Positions 16,232 to 25,126 of a stretch of DNA of 36,335 bases are shown piece by piece. Position 1 is the first letter of the stretch. Each line of letters begins with the position of its first letter. The DNA is from an uncultured Rickettsia sp. GTDB lineage: Bacteria; Pseudomonadota; Alphaproteobacteria; Rickettsiales; UBA1997. The stretch is from contig CAYPUN010000001.1 of assembly GCA_964413985.1 (NCBI GenBank), forward strand, positions 1 through 36,335. The letters run 5' to 3'. A program made the translations under genes and the position numbers. Below the pieces are notes generated by a model. That model was given only the letters and a program-made list of their open reading frames with translations. It did no database searches and was not told the origin of the DNA.

Positions 16232-18697
16232 CTATCTTTGATAAGAGTCGTTTTTGCTAGCCTCGCTTTGATCGGCGGCAGAACCTCCTCCAAATTTTTC
16301 AACCATACTCTGCACGTGACCTTTTTCACCCGCTTTCGGCTCATTGCTGCCCTTTTTTTCCTTCACCTCTTCTGTTGTAAGACTTTCTATGGTATTGGAT
16401 ACGTCATTTGATCTTTGTTCCCTCTTGCTCTTCATCTTTTCCATGGCAATAACTACCTCGTTGCGCGCATTTTCTGCCGCAAGTCTACCTTGATCAGATT
16501 CTGCAACATTATCATCTTTTTTACTTGAAACCTCAGGTTTTTTATCATCCTCGGTTTGTTGTCCGCTCTGAGGAAGTGAAGGGGTTGTATTATTTTTTGT
16601 TTCCGCAACTTGAGCAGAATTTGATGCTTGAGCGGTTTCAGCTTCTGCCGCTTTATTGGTTAGCTTGTCATCGTCAAGATCGTTATTTGCGCCTTTGGCT
16701 TCCGACCCTTGTTGTTGCGCACCAAGTGTGTCAGCAGCCATCGCTTCAAGGCTAAGTGGTCCAGCTAAAGTATTGACTCCAGTATTCAATGCTTGCTCAA
16801 CCCCAGCACTATTGCTTTGGCCACTATTAGCCTGCGTCAAGATCTCTGAAGCGACACCTAAATGGTCTTTGGCAATTTTAACGCCTCCTTGCAAATCTTG
16901 CGCTATTGCTGCATTGGCCACTAGTGATGCTAAGTCTTGCGCTTCTTCTGCCACACCAGCGCCGACGGCTGGAGTTGTTGCGTCAGGCTCTGGTTCTGTT
17001 GGGGCGCTTGCAGGTTGCCCTGAAGGAGCCGCAGTGGTGGTGGTGGTGATCTTTTTTGATGTCAATGGTCCAGTTCCAGCTACATTTAGAGGGGGTTTGT
17101 TAACATCCGGCTCTTCTTCCTCTCCCTCATTCTCTTTCTCCGCCTCTGACTCAACTTCCTTCTCCCCCTCTTTCTCCTTCTTCAACCCATCCTTGCCAGT
17201 CATAGCCTCTTCAAGCTCCTCTGGTTTTTCGCCTTTCGTAATTTTCTGAAAATATTCAGCCGCAGACAGGTCCGCATCTTCGTCTTTCTCTTTTCCTTCC
17301 TCCTCAGCAACGTCCTGAATCTTCTCAGGTTTCTTGCGGCTTAAAAGAAAAATACCAGCAGCAATAATGCCAGCAATCGCCAAAGGCGGGCACAAAACCG
17401 CGGTGGTGCCAATTGCTGCAATGGCAACAATTCCCTTCACCCCTTGCTTCGCCATTTCGACTTTCTTTTTCAAATCTTCATCAAGCGGCTTATAAGGATA
17501 TTTTCCCTTTTCTTGCACAATTCCATTTTGCTTGCCCTGCGCTGCAAGTTTTTTAGCCTCTTCTTCCTCTTTTTCCTTGGCCTTTCTTTCGGCATAAGCG
17601 TCAGGATTCACCAACTCTTCCGTTCTGTCAGAAACAAATTCTTTAAATTTATCAACCGCACTTTGCGCAACGCCTATTAAAGGATTGTTTTTTGGGGTTA
17701 GGTCTAAAAGTTCCGCTAGATTTGTGCCAAGATGATTAAAGTCAGTTTCAGGTGTCGGATTGTCTTCTTCAAGAAAGCCAAATAATCTCGCTAAATTTTT
17801 TAAGAAACCAATTTTAACCTTAGGATCAACATCTGTTTTATCTGCACCAAAGACCTCTGCAACCGCAGAATGAAACGCAAAAAATGCTGTGTCTTTTTGA
17901 GATAATTCAACGTTTTTTTGAGAATAAAAACCGCTTCGAAATTTTTCTAGTGCCGCTGTGTCATTTTCATCTTTTATGCCAGCAATTCCTTCAAGATTTG
18001 ACTTTGCAACGCCCTTCCTATCTGGGTCTATAACAATTGACTTTTGAATTGTTTCAAGAAGAAATTTTGCGTCTTTTTCTTGTTGTTCTTGTTCTGGGGT
18101 TTTTGGTGTTGGTGTGGTTGTTGTTGGCGCTGTTGGTGCGGTTGCGGTTGGGGTAGCTGCTGTTGCCGTGGCAGGTGTTGCGGGTGTTGTCGTGGCTGTT
18201 GGTGTTGCAGCTGCGGCTGCTGGTGTTGTAGGTGTTGCGGTCGCAGGTGTTGCTGCTGTAGGCGTGGTTGCTGCAGTAGCTGTTGGCGCCGCTCCAGCTG
18301 GGTTTGGTGTGGCTGGCACAGTGCTAGTAGCTACAGTAGTACCACCAAGTGCAGCGCCTCCAGTTGTGACTGCGTTACCTGTGGTTGTATTTAGTGGATC
18401 TGGTGCAGCGGCTCTTGATGTCGCTGGCACTGGTTCCATATATAATTGTTCCTGAGGAGTACTGCCTGCGGGGGCTGTAGTTCTAGCTGGAGGGGTTGGC
18501 AATTTTTCATCCCCCACAAGCACTCTTGGTTCAGCATATATGTCATTGTCATTAAGAAAATCTGTCTCTGCGTTAGTGTTTCTCAAGCTAAGATCTCCAC
18601 CAGTGGATCCTGCATTATAAAACCCAGTGGTAGTATCATCTGGACTTGCTGCGGTTGTAGTGGTTGTCGCCTTATCGTAGAAAGTATTATTCGTCAC
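16232..18697 (-). CDS. large lineage-specific protein with a T/A/P-rich tract, a hydrophobic hairpin, an acidic K/E-rich region and a C-terminal KFGG motif
   Basis: 821-aa ORF with a GTG start in the track. Aa ~95-200 are almost only T/A/P. The hairpin is GIVAIAAIGTTAVLCPPLAIAGIIAAGIFLL (aa ~422-452). I recognise no enzyme motifs. An in-frame ATG-initiated extension, interrupted by one TAA, lies upstream (see findings). Confidence 0.7.
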   Translation of the reverse strand: MTNNTFYDKATTTTTAASPDDTTTGFYNAGSTGGDLSLRNTNAETDFLNDNDIYAEPRVLVGDEKLPTPPARTTAPAGSTPQEQLYMEPVPATSRAAAPDPLNTTTGNAVTTGGAALGGTTVATSTVPATPNPAGAAPTATAATTPTAATPATATPTTPAAAAATPTATTTPATPATATAATPTATAPTAPTTTTPTPKTPEQEQQEKDAKFLLETIQKSIVIDPDRKGVAKSNLEGIAGIKDENDTAALEKFRSGFYSQKNVELSQKDTAFFAFHSAVAEVFGADKTDVDPKVKIGFLKNLARLFGFLEEDNPTPETDFNHLGTNLAELLDLTPKNNPLIGVAQSAVDKFKEFVSDRTEELVNPDAYAERKAKEKEEEEAKKLAAQGKQNGIVQEKGKYPYKPLDEDLKKKVEMAKQGVKGIVAIAAIGTTAVLCPPLAIAGIIAAGIFLLSRKKPEKIQDVAEEEGKEKDEDADLSAAEYFQKITKGEKPEELEEAMTGKDGLKKEKEGEKEVESEAEKENEGEEEEPDVNKPPLNVAGTGPLTSKKITTTTTAAPSGQPASAPTEPEPDATTPAVGAGVAEEAQDLASLVANAAIAQDLQGGVKIAKDHLGVASEILTQANSGQSNSAGVEQALNTGVNTLAGPLSLEAMAADTLGAQQQGSEAKGANNDLDDDKLTNKAAEAETAQASNSAQVAETKNNTTPSLPQSGQQTEDDKKPEVSSKKDDNVAESDQGRLAAENARNEVVIAMEKMKSKREQRSNDVSNTIESLTTEEVKEKKGSNEPKAGEKGHVQSMVEKFGGGSAADQSEASKNDSYQR

Positions 18698-18825
18698 TTC
18701 TTTTTCTTGCGTTGCTGTAGCGTATAGTCGATTATTGTTTTACGCAGCTTCTTGTTCAGCTGTATATGGTTTTATTGGAGTTACTTGGTTTTTTTTATCA
18801 TCCATAACAATCCTTAAATAAAAAT

Positions 18826-18902
18826 TGGTGGGTGGTAGAGAACTCGAATCTCCGACCTCTACGATGTCAACGTAGCGCTCTAACCAACTGAGCTAACCAC
18901 CC
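18826..18902 (-). tRNA. tRNA-Val (anticodon GAC), CCA encoded
   Basis: The reverse complement GGGTGGTTAGCTCAGTTGGTTAGAGCGCTACGTTGACATCGTAGAGGTCGGAGATTCGAGTTCTCTACCACCCACCA folds by hand into a cloverleaf. The acceptor stem is GGGTGGT/ACCACCC, the D-stem GCTC/GAGC, the anticodon stem CTACG/CGTAG with loop TTGACAT, and the T-stem GGAGA/TCTCT. Confidence 0.9.
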
Positions 18903-18995
18903 AAAAATAAACAATATTTAAGAACTATACAGCAATATCGCATAATATGCAAATTTTTTGCAAAGACCACCCCCACCAATTGTAGCTTGGTGAGT

Positions 18996-20366
18996 CTATA
19001 TACCAAATCCACCCGCGCCAGCGTTGTTTTCTTGCATCATCTGTTCCAGCGCGTTCTTATCAATCTTGCCAAATTTCTTCATCATTTTTTGCATCTGCTT
19101 ATATTTTTTGAGCAGGCGATTTATTTCTTGAATATTTGTGCCTGCGCCCGCGGCAATCCTTCTTTTGCGCGACGAGCTCATAATCAAGCTATCAGGATTT
19201 TTGCGCTCTTTTTTTGTCATCGACAAAATAATTGCCTCTTGTCGTTTTAGCTCTGTCTCAATATCGCCCATTTTGCTGAGATGCTCGGCAATTTTTCCAG
19301 CCCCAGGAAGCAGCTTGATGATTGACTTCATGCCGCCCATCTTTTTTGTGTTGCGAATTTGCGACAACAAATCTTCAAAATCAAACTGGCCTTTTTGCAT
19401 TTTTTTGGCCGCTTTTTCCATCTCGTTTTGATCGAAAACTTCTTGCGCTTTTTCAACCAACGAAACCACGTCGCCCATGCCGATAATTCTGGATGCAATG
19501 CGTTTTGGATCAAACTCTTCAAACTCTTCAACTTTTTCGCCAACACCAATAAATTTGATTGGACAATTTGTGGCGGCCTTCATGGTGAGAGCAACGCCAC
19601 CGCGGCCATCGCCGTCAAGTCTGGTTAAAATTGTGCCGGTGAGGGTGAGTTTTTCGTGGAAAATTTTGGCGATGTTCAACGCATCTTGGCCAATCAGCGA
19701 ATCGACCACCAGCAAGATTTCAACTGGGTTGGCGATGTTTTTGATGGCGATCAATTCTTGCATCAGCTCATCATTGATGGCGGTGCGGCCTGCAGTGTCG
19801 AGAATCAAGACATCGCTGCCAATTTTGATGGCTTGAGAAATAGCGCGTTTAGTGATCTCGAGCGGTTTTTCGCTTTCAACAATTTCTAAAGAATCAACCG
19901 CAACTTTTTGCGCAAGAATTTCCAACTGCTTTTGCGCCGCTGGTCTGTAGGTGTCAAGCGATGCTAATAAAACTTTTTTGTGATTTTTGTTTTTGAGGCG
20001 TAGTGCTAATTTTGCTGCGGAGGTGGTTTTGCCTGCACCTTGCAAGCCAACAAACATAAGGATTGCTGGCGGTTTGGTGCTGAAATTTATTTCGGATTTT
20101 TCGCTGCCAAGCAATTTGACCAACTCGTCATTGACGATTTTTACAATCATCTGACCGGGTGAAACGCTTTTCACCACTTGCTGGCCAAGAGCTTCTTGCT
20201 TGACTTTTTCGATAAAATCTTTGGCGATCGACAAAGAAACATCGGCTTCGAGCAACGCCACTCTAATTTGGCGCATCACGTCATTTAGATCATCTTCGCC
20301 GATAAATTTTTTGCCGGAAAGAGAATCAAAAATTTTGCCGATGTTTTTTGTTATGTTGTCTAACAT
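18996..20366 (-). CDS. ffh: signal recognition particle protein Ffh
   Basis: Has the GTPase motifs GLQGAGKTT, DTAGR and TRLDGD. The M domain is Met-rich (KKMGGMKSIIKLLPG...MQKMMKKF). Confidence 0.95.
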   Translation of the reverse strand: MLDNITKNIGKIFDSLSGKKFIGEDDLNDVMRQIRVALLEADVSLSIAKDFIEKVKQEALGQQVVKSVSPGQMIVKIVNDELVKLLGSEKSEINFSTKPPAILMFVGLQGAGKTTSAAKLALRLKNKNHKKVLLASLDTYRPAAQKQLEILAQKVAVDSLEIVESEKPLEITKRAISQAIKIGSDVLILDTAGRTAINDELMQELIAIKNIANPVEILLVVDSLIGQDALNIAKIFHEKLTLTGTILTRLDGDGRGGVALTMKAATNCPIKFIGVGEKVEEFEEFDPKRIASRIIGMGDVVSLVEKAQEVFDQNEMEKAAKKMQKGQFDFEDLLSQIRNTKKMGGMKSIIKLLPGAGKIAEHLSKMGDIETELKRQEAIILSMTKKERKNPDSLIMSSSRKRRIAAGAGTNIQEINRLLKKYKQMQKMMKKFGKIDKNALEQMMQENNAGAGGFGI

Positions 20367-20441
20367 GAGTAAGAAATTGTTTGGGCAACATTAAATTTGG
20401 TGCCCGCGAATGCCAAAAACAGCTGTTTGGGACTGTTTTTT

Positions 20442-20864
20442 CTACTCAACAATTTCATATCCTGCGAAGAAAAATGCGATTTCGTTTTTTGCATTTTCCA
20501 AGCTGTCAGAACCGTGAACTGAGTTTGCTTCAATTGATTCAGCAAATTCTTTGCGGATAGTGCCTGCAGCAGCGTCTTTAGGGTTTGTAGCGCCCATGAT
20601 TTCGCGATTTTTTGCAACAGCATTTTCGCCTTTCAAAACTTGCACAACAACTGGGCCAGAGATCATAAACTTCACCAGATCATTGAAAAAAGGGCGCGCT
20701 TTGTGCACAGCATAAAAGCTTTCAGCCATTGCTTGGCTAAGTTGCATTCTTCTTTGAGCAACGATTGATAGGCCAGCTTTTTCAAATTTAGTGTTGATGG
20801 CACCAGTCAAGTTGCGTCTGGTTGCGTCTGGTTTGATGATAGATAAAGTTAGTTCAGTTGTCAT
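20442..20864 (-). CDS. ndk: nucleoside diphosphate kinase
   Basis: 140 aa. Starts TLSIIKPDA and has the active-site NSVHGSDS. Confidence 0.95.
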   Translation of the reverse strand: MTTELTLSIIKPDATRRNLTGAINTKFEKAGLSIVAQRRMQLSQAMAESFYAVHKARPFFNDLVKFMISGPVVVQVLKGENAVAKNREIMGATNPKDAAAGTIRKEFAESIEANSVHGSDSLENAKNEIAFFFAGYEIVE

Positions 20865-20908
20865 GATTTAAAAATGTTGTTAATGGCCAAAATGGCGAAA
20901 AATTAGGA

Positions 20909-21002
20909 ATTATTCCTTTGTTACAGGTGATATAGCTCTTAGCCGCGACTGAGCCACGCTTGGAGCGTCTAAGAGCTATATCACCTGTAACAAAGGAATA
21001 AT
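20909..21002. repeat. long intergenic palindrome, core family 2 (34-bp perfect arms, 26-nt centre)
   Basis: Arm 20909-20942 (attattcctttgttacaggtgatatagctcttag) is the exact reverse complement of 20969-21002. The centre ccgcgactgagccacgcttggagcgt resembles 25162-25188. Confidence 0.9.
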
Positions 21003-21103
21003 CGCTTAAAATTATAAAAATCTTATTGTTTTTGTCAACTATTAGTTGCTTTTGTGAGGCTGTTTTGTTAGTTTTGATGTGGGTTTAAAAATTTCTCAAA
21101 AAA

Positions 21104-21451
21104 ATGAAAAAACAAAATTCAAAAAAAGCTGCCAATTTGTTAAGTTTTGATGATTTGGCAGAAATTGTAAAACGCAAAATAGCCAGCAAAGAGAAGGGTT
21201 CGTATAGCTATGAGATTGCGAAGCAAGGTGTTGAAAAAATTACTAGAAAAATTGGTGAAGAAGCTTTAGAAGTTGTGATTGCGGCATTTTTAAATCAGCA
21301 AAAAAGCAGCAAAAAATTGCATCAAGAATTGGTTGGTGAATTGTGCGATTTGTTTTATCACAGCATGATTTTAATGGCGGCGCAAGGTGTTGAAATGCAA
21401 GAAATTTTGCAAGAATTTACAAAACGCAACAACAAAAAATCGAAAAAATGA
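21104..21451 (+). CDS. hisE: phosphoribosyl-ATP pyrophosphohydrolase (HisE, MazG-like)
   Basis: GSYSYEIAKQGVEKITRKIGEEALEVVIAA...ELCDLFYHSMILMAAQGV matches the HisE pattern (GSYTxxL...KxGEEAxExxIA...ExADLLYHxxVLL). Its stop overlaps the erpA start (ATGA). Confidence 0.75.
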   Translation: MKKQNSKKAANLLSFDDLAEIVKRKIASKEKGSYSYEIAKQGVEKITRKIGEEALEVVIAAFLNQQKSSKKLHQELVGELCDLFYHSMILMAAQGVEMQEILQEFTKRNNKKSKK

Positions 21452-21795
21452 GTGAAATAAAAACCCCTATTACATTCACTCAGTCAGCATCGGCGCGCAT
21501 TGTTGAGCTTTTGCAAAAGCCAAAAAATCAGGGCAAGTTTTTTCGCGTTGGGGTTTCTAGTGGTGGTTGCAGCGGCTTTCAATATTTGTTCAATTTGGAT
21601 GATAAGCATGGCGAAGATGATTTGGAGGTTTTGGCAAGCGATGGCGCTGTTATTGGCTTCACCGATGAAACATCGCTCGATTTTTTGAAAGATTGCACGG
21701 TTGATTTTGTTAATGAGCTTGGGGCGTCTTATTTTAAAGTAATAAATCCGCAAGCCAAGGCTAGCTGTGGTTGCGGATCGTCTTTTGCGGTTTAA
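21448..21795 (+). CDS. erpA: iron-sulfur cluster insertion protein (HesB/IscA/ErpA family)
   Basis: 115 aa. Has GGCSGFQY and a C-terminal CGCGSSF. Confidence 0.85.
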   Translation: MSEIKTPITFTQSASARIVELLQKPKNQGKFFRVGVSSGGCSGFQYLFNLDDKHGEDDLEVLASDGAVIGFTDETSLDFLKDCTVDFVNELGASYFKVINPQAKASCGCGSSFAV

Positions 21796-21810
21796 ATTTT
21801 AGTTAAAAAA

Positions 21811-22674
21811 ATGATTTCATTTCAGCAAATTATTCTTCAGTTACAAAATTTTTGGGCAAAGCAGGGCTGCGCGATCTTACAGCCTGTTGATCTTGAGGTT
21901 GGTGCTGGCACTTTGCATCAAGCCACAGTTTTGCGTGCAATTGGCAAAAAACCATGGAAAGTTGCTTATGCACAACCATGTCGCCGCCCTACAGACGCGC
22001 GTTATGGCGCCAATCCAAATCGCTTAAGTCACTATTATCAATTTCAAGTTTTTTTGAAACCAGCGCCACAAAATATTCGCGAACTATATTTGCAAAGCCT
22101 TGAATTGATTGGGCTGGATGTCAAAAACAACGATGTGCGTTTTGTTGAAGATGACTGGGAAAACCCTACAGTTGGCGCGGCCGGACTTGGTTTTGAAGTG
22201 TGGTTCAATGGCATGGAAGTGACACAATTCACCTATATGCAACAAGTTGGCGGCATTGAATGCAGCTTGGTTGCAGGCGAAATCACATATGGGTTGGAGC
22301 GAATAGCCATGCATGTTCAGGGCGTTGACAACATTTTTGACATCAATTGGAACGGCGGCGAAGGCGAAGAAAAAATCAGCTATGGCGATGTTTTTTTAGA
22401 AAGCGAAAAACAGAATTCGGCCTTTATTTTAGAGCATTCAAACCCACAAGTTTTGTTGCGCAATTTTTCTGAGTGCGAAGAAATGTCAAAAGCTTTGCTT
22501 GCAAAAAACCTGCCAATTCCAGCATATGAGCAAGCTCTCAAGACGAGTCACTTGCTAAATTTGCTTGATGCAAGAGGTGCGATTTCGGCAACGGAGCGCG
22601 CCAGCTATATCGCTAGAGTGCGCAATTTGGTGCGTGCTGTTTGCGAAGCAATTGAAAACAACCCTCATTATTAA
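21811..22674 (+). CDS. glyQ: glycine--tRNA ligase alpha subunit
   Basis: [22 protein letters not shown]...[15 protein letters not shown]...YYQFQV is highly conserved GlyQ sequence. Confidence 0.95.
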   Translation: MISFQQIILQLQNFWAKQGCAILQPVDLEVGAGTLHQATVLRAIGKKPWKVAYAQPCRRPTDARYGANPNRLSHYYQFQVFLKPAPQNIRELYLQSLELIGLDVKNNDVRFVEDDWENPTVGAAGLGFEVWFNGMEVTQFTYMQQVGGIECSLVAGEITYGLERIAMHVQGVDNIFDINWNGGEGEEKISYGDVFLESEKQNSAFILEHSNPQVLLRNFSECEEMSKALLAKNLPIPAYEQALKTSHLLNLLDARGAISATERASYIARVRNLVRAVCEAIENNPHY

Positions 22675-22689
22675 ACAAAATAAAAGCAT

Positions 22690-25122
22690 ATGATTGAAAC
22701 TATCTCTGGAATTTTAAATACAGTGCCGCACCTTGGTTTGCTTGTCTTCGCGCTATGTTTGTTTTTTGCTTATAGCGGCGCGGCGCTATATTTTTATCTG
22801 CTGGCTTTTGCAGTTTATTTTTTGAGCTGTGATTTTGGTGGCACTTTCTGGATTGCTTATGCGGTCTTGTCGTTAGTGCTTGCAACGCCTATCATTCGTC
22901 AAAATATATTGACCAGATTTATTGTTGTGGCAATTGCAAAATTGGGCTTGTTGCCAAAAATTTCTGAAACTGAGAAGATCGCCCTCACATCAGGAACAGT
23001 GTGGGTTGATGGCCAATTGTTTTCTGGCAAACCAAATTTCAAATGGATTTTTTCGCAAAAATATCCGCATCTCACCAAAGAAGAGCAAAGTTTTTTGGAT
23101 AACGAAGTTGAAGAAGTTTGCAAAATGTGCGTTGATTATGACGTGCAGCGCGCGCGTGACTTGTCTCCAGCGGTTTGGCAATATATCAAAGACAAAAAGT
23201 TTTTGGGTATGATTATTTCGCGCGAGTATGGTGGGCTTGGTTTTTCGGCCTATGCTCACAGCTGTGTGATTCAAAAACTTGCATCGCGCTCAGTGCCTTT
23301 GGCCATCACTGTCATGGTTCCGAACTCACTTGGGCCCGCAGAATTGTTATTGCATTATGGCACCAAAGAGCAGCAAGATCACTATTTGCCACGTCTTGCT
23401 GATGGTCGTGAACTGCCATGTTTCGCGCTTACAGAGCCAACGGCTGGCAGCGATGCAACTTCAATCATTTCTAACGGCGTTTTGTTTAAAGATGCTGCTG
23501 GCGAAGTGAAAATTCGTCTAAATTGGAACAAGCGTTATATCACGCTGGGCGCGGTTGCAACGGTGATTGGTGTTGCATTTCAATTGCGTGATCCAGATAA
23601 AATTTTGTCAGATAAAGAAGATTTGGGAATCACTTGCGCCCTTATACCTCATGACACCAAAGGTGTTATTCAAGGCAGAAGACATGACCCACTCAGCACG
23701 CCTTTTATCAATTCGCCACTCAATGGTGAAAATGTTGAAGTGCCTTTAAGCTATGTGATTGGCGGGCAAAACGGGGGAGGGACGGGTTGGAAAATGTTGA
23801 TGGAATGTTTGGCGGCGGGTCGCGGAATTTCTTTGCCATCAACAAGTTGTGGTGGTGCAAAAATGGTCACCAGATCAGTGGTTGACTATGTCGCCATCCG
23901 TCAACAATTTGGCACTGCAATTGGAAAATTTGAAGGTGTTGAAGAAGTTTTGGCGCGCATGATTGGCAGAACCTATACATCTGAAGCCTTGCGCCGCTTC
24001 ACTGCGGGCGCTGTTGATTCTGGTGCAAAACCTGCTGTTATAAGTGCAATTGCCAAATATCACGGCACCGAAATGTTTCGCCAAGTGATCAATGATGGTA
24101 TGGATATCATGGCTGGACGCGCTATTATCAGGGGTCCGCGCAATTTGATTGCCAACGCATATTTTTCAGCACCAATTTCAATTACAGTTGAAGGTGCCAA
24201 TATTATGACGCGATCTTTGATGCATTTTGGTCAAGGTGCAATCATGTGCCACCCTTATGCCTACAAGGAAGTTGAGGCTTTAGAAAAAGGCGACATCAAG
24301 GCTTTTGACGCCGCATTTTTCTCGCACATAAAACATTTGTTAAGAAATTTAACGCGCTCAATTGCGCTTTCAATCACGCGCGGGCGCTTGGTTTGCACCT
24401 CATGCTTGTCAAAAAATAATATGGTTGCCAAATATCAACGCAAAATTTCATGGGCATCTGCAAGTTTTGCATTGCTTGCCGACATTGCAATGGCGCGCTT
24501 TGGTGGCGATTTGAAACGCAAAGAAAAACTCAATGGACGTTATGGCGACATCCTTTCCGCCCTTTATTTGGCGGTGTGTGTGCTAAAAAAATTCCAAGAA
24601 GATGGTGAGAAAAAAGAAGATGAAGCAATTGTTGAATATGCTTTGAAAGAGCTGTTTGGCAAGGCGCAGACTGGCTTTGAAGGAATTTATCAAAATTTAT
24701 TTTCCGGATTTGGTAAAATTGTTTTATTGCCATTTGCATTTTTTGCACGCTTCAACGCCTTTGTTTGTCCGGCTTCAGACGTGTTGAGTCACAAATTGTC
24801 AAAAGATATAATGCAAAATTCAAGCCAGCGTCATGCGCTCACTGAGGGAATTTTTGTCAGCCAAGATAAAAATGATAATTTGGGCAGATTAGAAAATGCT
24901 CTCAAGCTATATGAGGCAAGTGCTCCAGCGCTTGACAAAATTAAAAACGCAATTCGCGCCAAAACTTTGCCACGCAAAAGGCCAGAAGATTTGCTTGATT
25001 TAGCGCAGCAAAAATCAATTATTTCTCAGCAAGAAATGCGCGCTTTGCAAGAAAGTTTTGCCGCCGTGCTAGACGCCATGCAGGTTGACGAATATAGCAT
25101 GGAAGAATATAAGAAAATTTAA
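22690..25122 (+). CDS. fadE: large acyl-CoA dehydrogenase, FadE-type, with an N-terminal membrane region
   Basis: 810 aa. It has N-terminal hydrophobic helices and an ACAD core (CFALTEPTAGSDATS; GxxGxGWKMLMECLAAGR). Size and architecture are like enterobacterial FadE. Confidence 0.8.
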   Translation: MIETISGILNTVPHLGLLVFALCLFFAYSGAALYFYLLAFAVYFLSCDFGGTFWIAYAVLSLVLATPIIRQNILTRFIVVAIAKLGLLPKISETEKIALTSGTVWVDGQLFSGKPNFKWIFSQKYPHLTKEEQSFLDNEVEEVCKMCVDYDVQRARDLSPAVWQYIKDKKFLGMIISREYGGLGFSAYAHSCVIQKLASRSVPLAITVMVPNSLGPAELLLHYGTKEQQDHYLPRLADGRELPCFALTEPTAGSDATSIISNGVLFKDAAGEVKIRLNWNKRYITLGAVATVIGVAFQLRDPDKILSDKEDLGITCALIPHDTKGVIQGRRHDPLSTPFINSPLNGENVEVPLSYVIGGQNGGGTGWKMLMECLAAGRGISLPSTSCGGAKMVTRSVVDYVAIRQQFGTAIGKFEGVEEVLARMIGRTYTSEALRRFTAGAVDSGAKPAVISAIAKYHGTEMFRQVINDGMDIMAGRAIIRGPRNLIANAYFSAPISITVEGANIMTRSLMHFGQGAIMCHPYAYKEVEALEKGDIKAFDAAFFSHIKHLLRNLTRSIALSITRGRLVCTSCLSKNNMVAKYQRKISWASASFALLADIAMARFGGDLKRKEKLNGRYGDILSALYLAVCVLKKFQEDGEKKEDEAIVEYALKELFGKAQTGFEGIYQNLFSGFGKIVLLPFAFFARFNAFVCPASDVLSHKLSKDIMQNSSQRHALTEGIFVSQDKNDNLGRLENALKLYEASAPALDKIKNAIRAKTLPRKRPEDLLDLAQQKSIISQQEMRALQESFAAVLDAMQVDEYSMEEYKKI

Positions 25123-25126
25123 TTAT

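Noticed and set aside
16656-17249. 197-aa plus-strand ORF inside the 821-aa gene
   Set aside because: It is fully contained antisense within the longer ORF, and its Ser/Ala-rich low complexity mirrors the acidic/Glu-rich sense region. It is unlikely to be real.
18044-18455. 116-aa Cys/Trp/Gly-rich and 113-aa Val/Ala/Gly-rich plus-strand ORFs
   Set aside because: They are antisense to the T/A/P tract of the 821-aa protein and have no upstream context of their own. Their repetitive composition mirrors the sense-strand repeats.
20395-20441. Possible terminator hairpin between ndk and ffh (aaaaacag ... ctgttttt)
   Set aside because: The stem is A/T-rich and only about 8 bp with a 10-nt loop. 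That is too weak to call without transcript data.
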